A DNA stretch of 11,749 nt from an uncultured archaeon (GCA_964608675.1 CAZSOZ010000012.1:1-11749); one strand, 5' to 3'; shown: positions 1-7,642, counted from the stretch's first letter. Notes: a model not told the origin generated them from the sequence alone. Numbers and translations: made by a program.

Positions 1-428
1 ATTTTAATCCACCATTTAGGAGGAGCAATTGTCTGCCATGCTTTTTTTGCATTCAAAACAAATTTTTTGCTTATTTTGTTTTTTTTTACTAAAGGGCATA
101 TTTCATCTAATTTCACAGAAATTTTTTCTTTAGTATAATAAGGCACTGCAGGAAAACTTCTGCAGTCCAAAGGCCTTGCATTCCTTTTAATGCATTTGCC
201 AAATTTAAAAAAAGGACAATTTTTTTCTTCTTCCAAAATAACCCATATTTTTTTTCTGTTTATTTTATGATGGTTAGCAAAATTGTTTTTTTTTATTTTG
301 TTTTTTTTACTTAAATATTCCATTTCATTTGGAAGAAAGAGCATATGGCTTTGTTCACATATCTTGCAATTTTTTGGGCAATTCAAATTTTGGTTTACAA
401 GAGCATAAGCTTTTTCAAATTTATTCAT
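1..428 (-). CDS. YkgJ-like (CxxCxxCC / FliB-type) Zn/Fe-S cysteine-cluster protein, 3' end truncated by the window edge
   Basis: Not in the ORF track; translated by hand from ATG at 428: MNKFEKAYALVNQNLNCPKNCKICEQSHMLFLPNEMEYL...NCPFFKFGKCIKRNARPLDCRSFPAVP...ICPL...PPKWWIK, open to the edge. CPF-x-C-x-RPxxCRxFP is the YkgJ signature. It starts 4 nt after the TGA of the upstream fusion gene. Confidence 0.8.
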   Translation of the reverse strand, partial: MNKFEKAYALVNQNLNCPKNCKICEQSHMLFLPNEMEYLSKKNKIKKNNFANHHKINRKKIWVILEEEKNCPFFKFGKCIKRNARPLDCRSFPAVPYYTKEKISVKLDEICPLVKKNKISKKFVLNAKKAWQTIAPPKWWIK

Positions 429-432
429 TTTA

Positions 433-1671
433 TCATTCAACTAAATTTTCAGCAAACTTTGGCAAAACAAAAGCTGATTTATGTATTGCAGGAGAATAAT
501 ACTTTAATTTTCCTTTCAATTTTTTTTCTTTGAATTCTAATGGATTAAATTTTTTGCTTGCAAAACCAAAGCCGATTAAACCTCCGTAAGAGGGAGTTAA
601 AGTGTAATAATACTTTAAAATTGGAAAAACTTTCTTTATTTTTTTTGAGGTTTCTTTTACGAATTCTTTTAATTCAAAAAAATTTTCAAATTGGTTTATC
701 ATTATTCCTTCTGATTTAAGCGAAGCATAAACTAATTCATAAAAATTTTTTTTAAACAAATTTTTTCCTGGGCCTATTGGATCAGTGGAATCAACTATTA
801 TTATATCGTAGTAGTTTTTTTTTCTTTTAAGGAATTTGAAGCCATCTTCATTAAACACTTTTAATTTTTCATTCTTAAATCCTTCTGCTGTAAATGGAAG
901 AAATTTTTTTGCTGTTTCAATTACTTGTTTGTCTAAATCACATAAATGAATTTCTTTTACTTCTGGGTGTTTTTCTATTTCTCTTGCTGTTCCTCCGTCC
1001 CCTCCTCCTATAATCAAAACTTTTTTGGGGTTTGAATGCACATGTATTGCAGGATGCACTATCATTTCATGGTAAGTGAATTCATCTTTTTCTGTTGTTT
1101 GAATTATTCCGTCTAATACAAGCATTCTTCCGAATGCTTTTGTGTCATAAACTTCTATGTTTTGAAAAGAGCTTTTTTTGCTGTAAATTTGTTTTCCTTT
1201 CACTGCAAGAGACTGTCCTTGTTTTATTTCAAGTCTTTCAAAAAACCAGTTTCTTGGATTTGGAAGTTCTTCTTTTTTGAAAGCAGAAGGCATTTTTCTT
1301 ATAAGTAAATTGCTTTCAGTTTTTTTTGCTTCAAAGAATTTTTTTGTGAATTGTTCTGCTTTTTGGGCATCGTAATATTTGCAGGAAAAAATATCTATGT
1401 ATGCAGAATTAGTGTTTTCTGCAAAATGCCCGCTTATTAATGAAGTTTCAATTAATTGAATCATTGAATAACCTTGGACTTTTTTGTCTTGCCCAAATCT
1501 TACTGCAGTGGTTTCTCTGAATCTTTTCATTTCAATTAATTCACATAACTTTTTTGCATATTTTTTGATTTCTTTTTTTGAACGAATTTTTTTTGGATTG
1601 CATTCAAATAAATCTATGCTTGTAAGCAAACCCCATGCTTTTTCTTCTTTGAATTCATTTTTTAACTGCAT
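433..1671 (-). CDS. speE: Fusion of an N-terminal pyruvoyl-dependent S-adenosylmethionine decarboxylase-like domain (about aa 1-127) and a C-terminal spermidine synthase/aminopropyltransferase
   Basis: N-terminus has LIETSLISGHF...AYIDIFSCK (SpeD/SpeH-like Ser, His and Cys). C-terminus has KSSFQNI, GRMLVLDGIIQTTEKDEFTYHEMIVHP, VLIIGGGDGGTARE and YDIIIVDSTDPIGPG, all typical of SpeE. One uninterrupted 412-aa frame; GTGGT lies just upstream of the ATG. Confidence 0.93.
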   Translation of the reverse strand: MQLKNEFKEEKAWGLLTSIDLFECNPKKIRSKKEIKKYAKKLCELIEMKRFRETTAVRFGQDKKVQGYSMIQLIETSLISGHFAENTNSAYIDIFSCKYYDAQKAEQFTKKFFEAKKTESNLLIRKMPSAFKKEELPNPRNWFFERLEIKQGQSLAVKGKQIYSKKSSFQNIEVYDTKAFGRMLVLDGIIQTTEKDEFTYHEMIVHPAIHVHSNPKKVLIIGGGDGGTAREIEKHPEVKEIHLCDLDKQVIETAKKFLPFTAEGFKNEKLKVFNEDGFKFLKRKKNYYDIIIVDSTDPIGPGKNLFKKNFYELVYASLKSEGIMINQFENFFELKEFVKETSKKIKKVFPILKYYYTLTPSYGGLIGFGFASKKFNPLEFKEKKLKGKLKYYSPAIHKSAFVLPKFAENLVE

Positions 1672-1764
1672 TTTTTACCACAAAAAAATTTTAAAAAATA
1701 GCGGTGAATAATTATTCTTTCCTGAAAACATTTTTATTCTTTTGCTATTAATCTCTTTTTTCTC

Positions 1765-1772
1765 TTTAAAAA
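1765..1772 (+). promoter_or_regulatory. Putative archaeal TATA box for the KamA-like gene (leaderless transcript)
   Basis: TTTAAAAA lies 24-31 nt upstream of ATG 1796 and no ribosome-binding site is visible. Weak evidence, because the region is very AT-rich. Confidence 0.35.
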
Positions 1773-1795
1773 CTCTTTTTTTCTTTAGTTTTTTT

Positions 1796-2905
1796 ATGCT
1801 TTGGAAAAAAAAATTAAACCAAAATGTTTGTTCTGTTGATGAATTAAAAAAATACTTTAAGTTAACAAAAAAAGAGGAAGCGAATTTAAGAAAAGTAGTT
1901 GAAATCCATTCTATGAGCATCAGCAAATATTATCTTTCTTTGATTGACAAACAAGATAAAAAAGATCCGATTAGGAATATGGTGGTTCCTTCAAAAGATG
2001 AATTGGATTTGCATGGCACTTATGATACAAGCGGTGAAAAAAGAAGCACTAAGGCTGTTGGATTACAGCATAAATACAAGGAAACTGCATTAATTTTGTC
2101 CACTAACCGTTGTTCTTCTTACTGCAGGTTTTGTTTTAGAAAAAGGCTTGTTGGTTTATCTGATAGGGAAGTCCTTAAACGTTTTGATGAAGCAGTGAAT
2201 TACATTAAAGAGCATGAAGAAATAAATAATGTTTTGATTTCAGGAGGCGATCCTTTAATTCTGCCGACTGAAGTTTTAAGCAAGTTTTTGTTTCGTCTTT
2301 CTAAAATAAAACACTTGGATTTTATTAGAATTGGTTCAAGGGTTCCTGTTGTTTTTCCTTTTAGACTTATTGAAGACAAAAAGTTATTGAAAGTATTCAA
2401 AAAATATTCTGATAAAAAAAGAAGACTGTATGTTGTAACTCATTTTAATCATCCAAGGGAAATCACTTTTGAATCAATTCAGGGAATAAATAATTTAATT
2501 GAATCAAATGTTATTGTAAACAATCAGACTGTTTTATTGAAAGGAACAAATGATTCAGCTGAAACTTTAATTAATTTAATGAATAAACTGGTTTCAGTTG
2601 GAGTTAATCCTTATTATTTGTTTCAATGCCGTCCGGTTAAAAGAGTAAAAAATCATTTTCAGGTCCCTTTTTTTGAGGGCTGTAATACTGTTGATAATGC
2701 AAGAAAGCATTTGAATGGTCATGCAAAAAGATTCAAATATGTAATGTCTCACAATGCAGGAAAAATGGAAATTTTGGGCATTATGAATAATTTTATTTAT
2801 TTTAAGCAGCATGAAGCAAGAAAACCAGAAACAATCGGAAAAATTTTTAAAAGAAAAATAAACAGGAAATCCGGTTGGCTTGACAGTTCCCTTAAATTAT
2901 GCTGA
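1796..2905 (+). CDS. KamA-family radical SAM/PLP 2,3-aminomutase-like protein (substrate uncertain)
   Basis: Motifs GLQHKY, CSSYCRFCFRKR (CxxxCxxC), VLISGGDPL, IRIGSRVPV, THFNHPREIT, NQTVLLKGTND and PYYLFQC, with a candidate PLP lysine in HNAGK. ATG 1796 (MLWKKKL) is preferred over TTG 1742, whose extension is poly-T/Phe low complexity. Confidence 0.92.
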   Translation: MLWKKKLNQNVCSVDELKKYFKLTKKEEANLRKVVEIHSMSISKYYLSLIDKQDKKDPIRNMVVPSKDELDLHGTYDTSGEKRSTKAVGLQHKYKETALILSTNRCSSYCRFCFRKRLVGLSDREVLKRFDEAVNYIKEHEEINNVLISGGDPLILPTEVLSKFLFRLSKIKHLDFIRIGSRVPVVFPFRLIEDKKLLKVFKKYSDKKRRLYVVTHFNHPREITFESIQGINNLIESNVIVNNQTVLLKGTNDSAETLINLMNKLVSVGVNPYYLFQCRPVKRVKNHFQVPFFEGCNTVDNARKHLNGHAKRFKYVMSHNAGKMEILGIMNNFIYFKQHEARKPETIGKIFKRKINRKSGWLDSSLKLC

Positions 2906-3048
2906 AACAAAATTTTAAAGAATTTTCAAATTTTTTCTTGTATTTTTCTAATGCAATTTTTTTAGTATTCAGTTAACCCCACAAATATTTAATGCTGTTT
3001 ATTTTGTGGAGTTAACGCATTCTGGCTGAAAAGCCGAAAATTCAGTTA

Positions 3049-3086
3049 AAAAGACAGGCATCATCAATGCCTGCTTTTGCTTTTTT
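3049..3086. terminator. Hairpin with flanking T/A tracts between convergent genes; probable bidirectional terminator
   Basis: CAGGCAT (3055-3061), loop CATCA, ATGCCTG (3067-3073), followed by CTTTTGCTTTTTT and preceded by AAAAAG. It lies between the convergent stops at 2905 and 3092. Confidence 0.55.
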
Positions 3087-3091
3087 GTTAA

Positions 3092-3319
3092 TTAAAGCCA
3101 TTTTTTGATTTCTTCTGTTGAAGGGATTCTGCCGCTGCAAACAATTTTATCGTCAATTGCCAAAGCCGGTGTTGTCATTATTCCTGCTTCAATTATTTTG
3201 TTTATGTCTGTTACCTTTTCTATTTCTGCTTTTTTTCCTGTTTCTTCCAGTGCCTTTTTTACGTTTGCTTCAAGCTGTTTGCATTTTGGACAGCCTGTTC
3301 CAAGTACTTGTATTTTCAT
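3092..3319 (-). CDS. Small redox-active disulfide protein (thioredoxin family, MTH895-like)
   Basis: 75 aa, MKIQVLGTGCPKC...IEKVTD...GIMTTPALAID...SGRIPS; AGGAGG ribosome-binding site upstream. This family is commonly found next to arsP-type permeases. Confidence 0.92.
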   Translation of the reverse strand: MKIQVLGTGCPKCKQLEANVKKALEETGKKAEIEKVTDINKIIEAGIMTTPALAIDDKIVCSGRIPSTEEIKKWL

Positions 3320-3332
3320 TTTAATTTCCTCC

Positions 3333-4439
3333 TTAAATCATTCCAAAAATTAATCCTGCAATAGAAGAATAAATTACAACTATTGCAAGGTATACAATTG
3401 TTTTTTTGTTGCCTAGAACTTGTCTTATTACAAGCATTGCAGGTAAACTCAAAGAAGGTCCTGCTAAAAGCAATGCAAGTGCCGGCCCCTGATTCATTCC
3501 TTTTGCAATCAATGCCTGCATTATCGGCACTTCAGTCAGTGTTGAAAAATACATTAATGCACCAAAAACTGATGCCAAAAGGTTTGCTTGAATTGTGTTT
3601 GAGCCAACCCATTGAACTATTACTTCTTTTGGAATCAACGGCATTATGAATCCAACAACAAAAACTCCAATGAACAGATAGGGAATTAACAGTTTGCTTA
3701 TGCTCCATGTTTCTGAAAGCCAATTGTTTCTTGTTTTCTTGTTGAATTTTAGTAATGCAATTAGAATAGTTATTATAGCAAAAGCAATCATTAAGGTCCA
3801 TTTAATCATTGAATCAATTTGCAAACCATTCACTATGAGAATTCCAACCATTGAAGCAAAAAATATTGCCATAAAAGTTTTTGAAATTTTTTGTTTAGTT
3901 TCTTCTTTTAATGCAATTTCTTGTTTTGCGCTTTTTTCTTTAAAAATAAAAGCCATTGTCAAGCCCACCGCTCCTGCCAAAGCAACTGCTGCAACTGCTC
4001 TTGCCAATCCAATTTCAAATCCTAAAACGCTTGCAGTCAAAAAAATTGCTGCAACATTTATTGCTGGACCAGAGTAAAGGAATGCTGTTGCAGGTCCCAA
4101 GCCAGCCCCGCGCTTGTAGATTCCTGCAAATAAAGGCAGGATAGTGCAGCTGCAAACTGCGAGAACTGCACCGGAAACAGAAGCAATTGGATAAGAAATG
4201 TAAGGCTTTGCTTTTCCTCCAAGATATTTTAATACGGCTTGTTTTTTTACGAATACTGCGATTGCTCCTGCAATAAAGAATGCAGGAACAAGGCAGGTTA
4301 GAATGTGTTGTGTTGCATATTCATGCAGCAACCCAAAACCGCTTAATAATGCAGAGTCAAGCCATGCACTGCCTGCCGGCATGAAATAAAATGCCAGAAA
4401 CAATGCAACAATTATTATGAATATGTTTTTTTCTTTCAT
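3333..4439 (-). CDS. arsP: ArsP/DUF318-family permease (putative organoarsenical/metalloid efflux)
   Basis: Multi-TM protein with CLVPAFFIAGAI, LAVCSCTILPLFAGIYKRGAGLGPATAFLYSGPAIN and MYFSTLTEVP...GPALALLLAGPSLSLP; ATGA overlap with the upstream ArsR gene. Confidence 0.88.
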   Translation of the reverse strand: MKEKNIFIIIVALFLAFYFMPAGSAWLDSALLSGFGLLHEYATQHILTCLVPAFFIAGAIAVFVKKQAVLKYLGGKAKPYISYPIASVSGAVLAVCSCTILPLFAGIYKRGAGLGPATAFLYSGPAINVAAIFLTASVLGFEIGLARAVAAVALAGAVGLTMAFIFKEKSAKQEIALKEETKQKISKTFMAIFFASMVGILIVNGLQIDSMIKWTLMIAFAIITILIALLKFNKKTRNNWLSETWSISKLLIPYLFIGVFVVGFIMPLIPKEVIVQWVGSNTIQANLLASVFGALMYFSTLTEVPIMQALIAKGMNQGPALALLLAGPSLSLPAMLVIRQVLGNKKTIVYLAIVVIYSSIAGLIFGMI

Positions 4440-4750
4440 TTTTTACAGCTCCTTTTCATGCAACAGTCTTTTTTCAGCAATACATTTTTTTTGTATCCTA
4501 ATGCCTTGAAAATGTCACAGACAACAAAGTCTTTTATTTTGTAAAAAATTTTTTTGCCGTCCCTTCGTGATTCAATCAAACTTGCTTTTTCAAGCGTTGC
4601 CAATTGGATTGAAACAGTTGATTGTGTTCTCTTTACTTTTGGAAAAATTTCGCAGACACATTTTTCGCCGTCCAAAAGCAATTCAAGTATTTTCAATCTG
4701 GTTTCGTCGGCAAACGCCTTTAGTATTGAGATAGGTTTTTTTCCAACCAT
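4436..4750 (-). CDS. arsR: ArsR/SmtB-family transcriptional repressor
   Basis: LKAFADETRLKILELLLDGEKCVCEI...QSTVSIQLATL...LIESRRDGKKIFY winged HTH, with a CVC motif and a C-terminal CC. Confidence 0.92.
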   Translation of the reverse strand: MVGKKPISILKAFADETRLKILELLLDGEKCVCEIFPKVKRTQSTVSIQLATLEKASLIESRRDGKKIFYKIKDFVVCDIFKALGYKKNVLLKKDCCMKRSCKK

Positions 4751-4755
4751 GAAAC

Positions 4756-4780
4756 ATATTGATGCACATCAATATTTAAA
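4756..4780 (-). promoter_or_regulatory. Palindromic ArsR operator overlapping an archaeal TATA box
   Basis: Perfect inverted repeat ATATTGATG-CA-CATCAATAT (4756-4775). On the minus strand TTTAAATA (4780-4773) lies 23-30 nt upstream of the arsR ATG at 4750. Confidence 0.78.
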
Positions 4781-4860
4781 TGTTTTTGGGAGATCTGACA
4801 ACTAATGCGCCAAATCAGTTTATTGTTTGATGGTTTTAATATGAAAATTTTTCCAACCCC

Positions 4861-5493
4861 TTATACTTGCAATTTTTTGATGTGCTCAATGTTATAGGAG
4901 TATAAAACAGGGATTCTGAATTTTTCAATCTTGTTCTGTTTTTCGTCAAGAGGGATTACTAATTCAAGATTTTCCTGAAAATCACTCCATTGAATTAGTA
5001 TTAATTCATTTATTCCTTCTTTGATTGCCAATTCTTTTGAGTCATGGAATATAATTTCGGTTGTTTCAGGAACATATTTTCTTGCGAGTTCTTCACTAAC
5101 ATAAGTGTGGATTCTGTTGTGATGTAATTCAGCAAGGCTTATAGCACGTTTTTCTTTTCCAACAAGAGTTAACCCTTCTCTTAAGGTTTTTTTGAATGCA
5201 TCTTCAATTTCGTTTTCTTTTGCAAGCCTGCCAACCAAAACAACATTTATTTCTCCGTTATTCAGTGATTGAAGTGCCTGGCTTGTAAATTCATATGCTT
5301 TAAGAGAGACATTATTGTTTTTTGATGCTATTTCTTTTGCAATTCCTGACATTGTGGGGCAGTAACCTAAAGTTATGGGTTCTTCAACTTTTGCTTCTTG
5401 CTCAATCGCGGGTTTTTGTACAAAAACAATGCCTGCAGTAACCAAAAATAATGCAACAACAGAAAGCAGTATTACAGTGTTTGTTTTATTCAT
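4861..5493 (-). CDS. Membrane-anchored or secreted hypothetical protein, possibly a type II periplasmic-binding-protein fold
   Basis: N-terminal hydrophobic helix (VILLSVVALFLVTAGIVFV). ITLGYCPTM and TSQALQSLNNGEINVVLVGR resemble PBP2-type motifs. 8-nt overlap with the upstream gene; last gene of the operon. The CDS is well supported but the fold is a guess. Confidence 0.65.
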   Translation of the reverse strand: MNKTNTVILLSVVALFLVTAGIVFVQKPAIEQEAKVEEPITLGYCPTMSGIAKEIASKNNNVSLKAYEFTSQALQSLNNGEINVVLVGRLAKENEIEDAFKKTLREGLTLVGKEKRAISLAELHHNRIHTYVSEELARKYVPETTEIIFHDSKELAIKEGINELILIQWSDFQENLELVIPLDEKQNKIEKFRIPVLYSYNIEHIKKLQV

Positions 5494-5761
5494 TTTGAAT
5501 CTTCCTTAAAGCATTGGCTAGGTCAGTGGCATCAAAACCAACCAATTTTACGTGCTTTTTTTCTATGAAACCATTAACTTTTTCAATAATGTCATTTAGA
5601 TGCGTGCCTGCAAGCAGGGCTTCAATTTCGGTTATTGCTGTTTCAGGATAAACAAAAAAATCCCCGCATATTTTTATTGAATGAACAATGTTTTTATCCA
5701 AATCTGCTTCTAATCTTATCATTTTGCCGTTTGGAACCTTGTAGTCAATGTTTTGTTTCAT
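5486..5761 (-). CDS. lplB: Lipoate-protein ligase accessory subunit (stand-alone LplA C-terminal domain, LplB)
   Basis: YKVPNGKMIR...IKICGDFFVYPETAITEIEALLAG, with the GDFFxxPE signature. ATG 5761 is preferred over 5803 because it forms an ATGA overlap with the ligase stop. Confidence 0.85.
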   Translation of the reverse strand: MKQNIDYKVPNGKMIRLEADLDKNIVHSIKICGDFFVYPETAITEIEALLAGTHLNDIIEKVNGFIEKKHVKLVGFDATDLANALRKIQNE

Positions 5762-6513
5762 TTTAGTTCCCGCCATTCTTTTGCAGAATATTTTTTCTGG
5801 CACAATTTTTCAGCTAATTTTTTTTCTTCAGCTGTGAGTTCCGATTCTTTAAATCTGACTTTAAAAGCTTCTTCAAACCCTTTTATCAGGAACCCTCTTA
5901 ATTCTTCCACAGAAACCTCTTGGCCCAACTCTTTTTTTAATGAAGACACTCTTTCTTCAGCAGTTTGAATCATTTTGTCCTTTATCTTTTCATCAGGCAC
6001 TTTTAAAAAAGAAAACATTTTTTTGATATCCACGTCAATAAGAATAGTTCCGTGCTGCAATACGATTCCCTCTTTTCTTGTTTGCGCGTTTCCGGAAACC
6101 TTTTTTCCGTTGACAACTATGTCATTTATTGGCTTAAATTCAGGATTGATATGTAAGCGCTCCAAACCCTTTGTTAGGGCAGAGCATATTTTTTGGTATG
6201 ATGCAATAATGTCTTGTGGAACATCTCTTTCAGAGACTGCCAGCGAATATGTCAGTTCTTTATCGTGAAAAACCGCGCCTCCACCGGTATATCTTCTCAC
6301 TATATCCACTCCCTGCAGTTCTGTATTTTTGACATCAACTTCTTTTTCAAGAGACTGAAAATAGCCAATGGTCAGGCACGAAGGATTCCATGTAAAAAAT
6401 CGCAGGGTGTTTGGAACACTATTCTTAATCCTAAAAGTCAGTATGGCTTCATCTATTGCCATCTGCATTGCGCCACTTGCTTCAATTGTGTTAATTAGCC
6501 GCCATGCTTTCAT
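5758..6513 (-). CDS. lplA: Lipoate-protein ligase catalytic subunit (LplA N-terminal domain)
   Basis: WRLI...QMAIDEAI, TLRFFTW, IGYFQ, VRRYTGGGAVFHD and KPINDIVVNGKKVSGNAQTR...LQHGT. The start could be 6513, 6519 or 6534; 6513 follows a GTGGT ribosome-binding-like motif. Confidence 0.92.
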   Translation of the reverse strand: MKAWRLINTIEASGAMQMAIDEAILTFRIKNSVPNTLRFFTWNPSCLTIGYFQSLEKEVDVKNTELQGVDIVRRYTGGGAVFHDKELTYSLAVSERDVPQDIIASYQKICSALTKGLERLHINPEFKPINDIVVNGKKVSGNAQTRKEGIVLQHGTILIDVDIKKMFSFLKVPDEKIKDKMIQTAEERVSSLKKELGQEVSVEELRGFLIKGFEEAFKVRFKESELTAEEKKLAEKLCQKKYSAKEWRELK

Positions 6514-7354
6514 TTTCATACCACTTCCTTGCATTATACGAGCTTCTTACTAACGAGCCTGCACTAATTTGATTGATTCCAATTTGTTTGGCTTTTTCTT
6601 CTATTTTTTTGAATTCTTCAGAAGAATAATATTTCTTTACCTTAAAATGTTTTTTGCTGGGCTGCAAATACTGTCCGATTGTCACAATGTCACAGCCCGC
6701 ACCTTTTAGATCAGACATAGTCTGGACAATCTGGTTTATTTTTTCTCCTAAACCCAGCATAAAACCAGATTTGATTTTCATGTTTGGATTGAATTCTTTT
6801 GCTTTTTTCAGCAGGATTAAAGAAACATCATAATTCCCTTCCGGCCTTAATATTGGAAATAATTCTCTTACTGTTTCAATGTTATGGTTTAATACATCCG
6901 GCTTTGCATCGATTATTTGTTTCAGCGAATTCCAGTTTCCTTTAAGGTCAGAAATCAGCACTTCAATTTTGCAGTCAGGATTTAACTTTCTGATTTCTTT
7001 TATTGTGTTAACAAATTGTCCTGCTCCTCCGTCCTGAAGGTCGTCTCTTGTAACACAAGTGATTACAGCGTATTTTAAATTCAGTTTCTTAATTGCTTTA
7101 GCGATTCTTGTTGGCTCGCCAGCATCGACTTTTCTTGGCTTACCGCTTTTGATGTTGCAGTAACGGCAGTTTCTTGTGCATGTGTCTCCAAGTATCATAA
7201 ACGTGGCAGTCTTTTTTGAAAAGCATTCATACTTGTTTGGACAGTTTGCTTCAATGCATACAGTTGTCAAATTATTTTTTTCAATCAGCTCTTTTGTTTT
7301 CACATATGCTGTTCTGTCATAATCAGGAATCTGAATATTTTTGGGAACAAGCAT
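6491..7354 (-). CDS. lipA: Lipoyl synthase (canonical LipA, radical SAM)
   Basis: Auxiliary-cluster motif CIEANCPNKYEC (CX4CX5C), radical SAM motif CTRNCRYC, plus TATFMILG, RDDLQDGGA, HNIETV, IKSGFMLGLGE, TIGQYLQPS and the C-terminal RSSY. Confidence 0.97.
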   Translation of the reverse strand: MLVPKNIQIPDYDRTAYVKTKELIEKNNLTTVCIEANCPNKYECFSKKTATFMILGDTCTRNCRYCNIKSGKPRKVDAGEPTRIAKAIKKLNLKYAVITCVTRDDLQDGGAGQFVNTIKEIRKLNPDCKIEVLISDLKGNWNSLKQIIDAKPDVLNHNIETVRELFPILRPEGNYDVSLILLKKAKEFNPNMKIKSGFMLGLGEKINQIVQTMSDLKGAGCDIVTIGQYLQPSKKHFKVKKYYSSEEFKKIEEKAKQIGINQISAGSLVRSSYNARKWYENESMAAN

Positions 7355-7356
7355 TT

Positions 7357-7632
7357 TCAGGAAAACACCTTCTCGGTTTCTATTAATTCAACAAAACCAG
7401 AATAATCAATAAGCTTGGCGCCTGCATTGTTTTGGATTCCCCGAAGCTCTAAGTCTTCTTTTAATGCCAGCACTTCGACTTTTTTTTCTTTTAGAGCCTG
7501 AATGCCTGAAGTGCTTTTATTTAGTATCAGCACTCCGTCTTGTATCAATAACACTTTGTCTTTAGAATTCAAATGCTTAATCGCGTTTGGTTCTCTTTTC
7601 AGCAAAGATTCTTTTATTATGAATAACACCAT
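7357..7632 (-). CDS. dsrH: DsrH/TusB-family sulfur relay subunit
   Basis: VLLIQDGV, ALKEDLELRGI and IDYSGFVELI. ATG 7632 is preferred because the alternative GTG at 7641 is part of the GAGGTGA ribosome-binding site. Confidence 0.88.
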   Translation of the reverse strand: MVLFIIKESLLKREPNAIKHLNSKDKVLLIQDGVLILNKSTSGIQALKEKKVEVLALKEDLELRGIQNNAGAKLIDYSGFVELIETEKVFS

Positions 7633-7642
7633 TTTTTTCACC

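Noticed and set aside
1742-1795. Hydrophobic N-terminal extension on the KamA-like ORF suggesting a signal peptide
   Set aside because: It arises from a T-rich promoter region read from a TTG; ATG 1796 matches the usual start of this cytoplasmic family.
1-1830. Long poly-A/T runs as possible phase-variation or frameshift sites
   Set aside because: The reading frames are intact; the runs are explained by Lys/Phe/Asn codons and intergenic sequence in an AT-rich genome.
3017-3049. GGCT-GAAA-AGCC-GAAA resembles hammerhead ribozyme stem II followed by GAAA
   Set aside because: The required CUGANGA core is missing upstream of the stem on either strand.
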